Shown in pieces: positions 60,333-64,000 of a stretch of 64,000 nucleotides of DNA. The stretch comes from Asterionella formosa (lineage: Eukaryota): NCBI GenBank assembly GCA_002256025.1, contig NKIB01012282.1, forward strand, positions 1 through 64,000, read 5' to 3'. The notes beneath the pieces were generated by a model. That model was not told the origin of the DNA, ran no database searches, and saw only the letters and a program-made list of their open reading frames with translations. The position numbers and the translations under genes were made by a program. Position 1 is the first letter of the stretch. Each line of letters starts with the position of its first letter.

Positions 60333-60468
60333 TACCAGGGTACCTGGTACCTGGTACCAGTATTTGTCCTGTCGTGTATGGAGTACCAGCTAAAAACTGT
60401 TAGCCACCGTTATTTTACTCCATCTTCGGACTATCAATATTGAAGAACCTGGTACCTGGTACATGGTA
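60333..60468. repeat. (GGTACC[A/T])n array upstream of the RDD gene
   Basis: TACCAGGGTACCTGGTACCTGGTACCAG at 60333-60360 and ACCTGGTACCTGGTACATGGTA at 60447-60468. Confidence 0.85.
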
Positions 60469-60479
60469 ATTCAACAATC

Positions 60480-62060
60480 AAAACTTGATGCAAGTACAAA
60501 AGGCAGTGCTAGAACTTCAATTCCCTCCTTGTGTGTCAGCGCCAGAGGCAACAACCACAGACCAAGGGAAAATAGGGGGGACTTGCAGCAACAGTTTTGA
60601 TCTCTTGTGGCGCCTGCTGGTCTCCTTGTTGTGAGGTCTCTCCCAAGCAGGTAAGCAGGGTTTGTCTTGTTTGTGGTGCTGGCAAATCTCCACTGTGTCA
60701 AAGCCATTGCACAAGGATCTTAATTTCAGGAGCTGACAGCATAGGCTTATTGGCTGCACAAAGAGCAATAAATTTGTTCTGTAGCTTAATAAATTCATAT
60801 TGCCTTTTGTTTTGACAGCCACTCAGAAGTAACCAGTTCCTCTGCATTTCTCTTTCTCAGCCAAAATTGCAGATGCAAGCACATTTGATCCAAGAGCATG
60901 AATGCCAGCAAATGCCAGTCAATAGGCCAGCAGAGATTCTTTTTTGCGTGAGTTGAGATGGGCTTGGACAGCAATTTCCTTCCGTTGCTTGACAGGCTTG
61001 GACATCAAGGTTGATTCCAATTCCATCATCTTCACAATTCCTGTATTCAACAACACAATCATAGAGTGCCAGTATATCCATTTGACAGATATAATTCTTG
61101 GGGCGAAGTAGCATTTGCAGTGTTGTTGTTTTGGGTGCTATTTTGCAATGTTTTCTTGTAAGTTAGCTTTCATAGTGATTGAAAACATTGTAGTTGAGTG
61201 GGCCCATCCTCAGTTGGAAATTGCAGTCATGTTGGAGGAAACTTGAGCAAATGACTCATCCCATACAGTGCTTACTATTCCAAAAACAATGTCAACTTTA
61301 TTGAGTGAGAATTCCTGACAATAGTCCGCTTTCTTGGTGAGCAGCTAGTTCCTGCTTTGCTTTCCCTCATGGCAAATTCATGTCGTTGCCCATCATCTTA
61401 TACAATAACTGCAGTGGGAACTTTTGGTCTTCCTCCAGTCATTGTATGTTTTTGACTAACACTGCCTTCTGCATTTGCTGTTCTCATCTTGCCATCACCA
61501 AAATTCTCACAGGTATGATCAACATTGTGTGTGTCCTTCTGCTCTATGCTTGTCCTCCGCTTGTCCTTTAGGTGGCTATCAAATGATATCTCACCACCAC
61601 CACCACCACCCTCCTCCTCTTTCTCCTGCTGGTGTGCTTGAAATAAATAAAATAAATAAATCGCTGGGTTGATTGCTGGTGCTACTACTGGTGAGGAAAC
61701 ATACATGGTGATGGCGGGGCAAGATTCCTAGGAGCATTTAAGTTTCTGGTTGACATTATGGAAATGGAAGCAAAAGTCAGCGAGGATGATGAGGCGGCAT
61801 TAACCACTGCAGGTGAGAACATGGTCGACATAGCAGTACTAGAGTAAATTGTTCATCTGGCTGGTACTTGGTATGGTTGATTGAAAGCCATGGGAGCAAT
61901 CTTTGCTTTCCTAGTAGCCTCCACCACTTTAGAAATAGTGCCATATGGCATTTTACCTCCATTGTTAGCTTTGATAGCTTCTAACGCTCGAATTATGTTG
62001 TTGAGGTTTAGCTGCTCAATTTCCGTTTCATGAGGAGTAGGTAAGCATTCCTTTGTCTGC
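60480..62060 (-). mobile_element. Heavily decayed pogo-like (DDE_1) transposase, N-terminal half
   Basis: Fragments NNGGKMPYGTISKVVEA, LPWLSINH, GGRPK and ALYDCVVEY resemble, from memory, stramenopile pogo-like transposases. Many stops. Confidence 0.45.
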
Positions 62061-62929
62061 CAACATGATTAAAGTCTCTCAATGATGACTCTCCAAATAA
62101 TTATATATTGTGAGACTTATATGTTGGATTTGTTGGCTTTTTTCTATATCGTGCATACCAGCCACAGTGCTGATTTGCTAGTAGTTTATTATGCCAGTAC
62201 CAGGTACTGCTAAGGTAGAATATATAATATATATATATTGGCTCATTGGCACTTAAACAACTCAACTCGAAATAAAACGAATTATTGTGGTGCTCAACTT
62301 AATTATTACTATGGCGCGAAAATACCATAGTACTGGATGTGGAAAAATCTTGAAACTAGCTAATTATTTATATAGCTTCAGCTTCCCCTATCTTTTGAAA
62401 AAGCCATGTAGGCTCAATGGGATGAAACTGATTTGGACTAAACAACGTCGACAGTCAATTTTGGGCTGCTATAACTAAAGAACTGGTACAAGATTGCAGT
62501 GTTCAAGTACAAACAATGCTGTTCTTTACATGCAAAGAAAGAACTTTTTTGTATAACACTGATATACAATATTACAAATAAGTGGGTCAAACCGTGTGAT
62601 TACTCCGTTTTGTTATGACTATCAGCCAGTACAAAAATGAAAGTTGGTATGACTCTCAGTTTCTAGGTGGTAGTCAGTTTTGATCTATTGTGCATAGCAA
62701 AGATTTTCACATAGCGGTGGCTTTCAGTGCTAATTTTTTATACATACCTGAATATATTTCCCCCTCAAACCATGTTAATTATTAATCCATTTATACTTCA
62801 AAAATTATTTTTATATTACTTAAAATTTTGCACTTTTGTGGGACAGCATCATCAGTGAATTCTTCTGAGTGAGGATGCATTACATAAATCACAAGATTAT
62901 CATTCAATTACTTGCAGAGTCTCAAACTT

Positions 62930-63650
62930 TATCATGGTTTGGTGGATTGGCAGTAGTAGCACCAGTAGCACCAGCCAGCAATAGCAACAGGAGGAGATGC
63001 AGCCATAGTAGCAGCAAGTATAAGAACCACAGGAGGAGGAGGTGCATAGAGAGGGAATGGTGGCTGCTGCTGGTCACCACAGTGATTGATGTTATCAAAT
63101 CTTGTAATTAGAGCTTGCCTTGTTTGTTGAACAGGCAAATCACCTGATTGTTTGTACCAACATGAAATCAAATTCAGCTCTTCCAATTTGTTCTTTTGTT
63201 TTGTTCTGCACTTTCAATGTAAATAATTTTTCTTTAAGTGTATAGAACTTTTGTTGCCTTTTTGTTTCTTTTGTACTAATTACAATGTCTGATATTTGCT
63301 TCCATTCCAGTGTAGCAGCAAAAATATTTGGCCCCAGAGCAAATGTTTGTGCAGAGGCCAGAAGTCCTGCTGTTGTCCTTTTCTTATGTCCTTTGCTTGA
63401 TGTGGGCATCTGCTGTCTCCTTTCTACTTCTAGCTTGGGTCTTCTGGTCAATTTCATTTTGCACATCCTCAACTTGCAAAACTCATTGATGCTTCTAACA
63501 ATTGTTCCAGCAAAGCCAGTACAAATGTTTAAATCATCAGGAGGACAAGGTAGAACAGCAGTAGCCTCTGTTGATGCAGTGAAAATAAATAATTCTCAAA
63601 ATAACAACTATTGGATCTTTATTATTCCTTGTTTTCATTCTCCGATGCGA
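62930..63650 (-). mobile_element. Decayed pogo-like transposase, C-terminal region
   Basis: KKRTTAGLLASAQTFALGPNIF...LNLISCWYKQSGDLPVQQTRQALITRF. Frameshifted and CpG-poor. Confidence 0.45.
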
Positions 63651-63674
63651 TGCAACAAATCATCACATACTCAC

Positions 63675-64000
63675 TTAGGATCCAAATGAAGCGAAAAAGT
63701 CATCGGCATTGTTGACCTTCATCTTTTGCACTGTTGGCTTTTGCCCAATGTACGCGCCAGAACTGGGAGCCAATGGAGGAGGCGTGATATTTCCCATAGG
63801 TTGCGTTCCCGTGGAGGATGGAGCCGATGTTGTGGGCTTTTGGGCGAATCCAAATGAGGATGGTGCAGCTGCAGAATACGAGGATGGTCCAGCACTGGAC
63901 AACCCTCCACTACCAAACTTGGCGGCCATGCGCGCCTTTGCTTCATCTCGAAGCCTCGTCTGGCGCATGACATACTGTTCATCAGATTCTCCAGACAATC
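63675..64000 (-). CDS. 3' end of a gene running off the window; possible ArfGAP-like C-terminus
   Basis: Open frame from the window edge: ESDEQYVMRQTRLRDEAKARMAAKFG..., a Ser/Pro-rich linker, ending DDFFASFGS*. The catalytic domain is not in the window. Confidence 0.55.
   Translation of the reverse strand, partial: LSGESDEQYVMRQTRLRDEAKARMAAKFGSGGLSSAGPSSYSAAAPSSFGFAQKPTTSAPSSTGTQPMGNITPPPLAPSSGAYIGQKPTVQKMKVNNADDFFASFGS

Overview
This is eukaryotic nuclear DNA, most likely from a diatom. The evidence is short GT-AG introns, a diatom-type phytochrome, bipartite plastid leaders and Ambal-like LINEs. Gene islands alternate with blocks of decayed transposons. Genes supported by the sequence: a frameshifted secreted TSP3-like protein, a 1024-aa acidic/Zn-motif protein, a PsbP-domain lumen protein, a GDP-fucose O-fucosyltransferase, phytochrome (PAS-GAF-PHY-HK-REC), a CPYC-type GST, an ABA4/DUF4281 protein, Med22, a kinesin, a bacterial-like alpha/alpha-toroid membrane protein, ICMT, a DUF3506 protein, cytosolic HSP90, an RDD protein and the 3' end of a possible ArfGAP. 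Transposon remnants: three APE/RT/RNase H non-LTR pieces (one near full length, with a candidate 16-bp target-site duplication), PIF/Harbinger, IS630/Tc1-like and pogo-like elements. The strongest unexplained structure is a set of self-complementary (GGTACC[A/T])n / ACCGGT arrays about 100-400 bp upstream of at least seven gene starts. Also unexplained are a six-unit degenerate ~160-bp array and CGAAGATT/AATCTTCG motif clusters. All family assignments come from motif recognition by eye; no searches were run.
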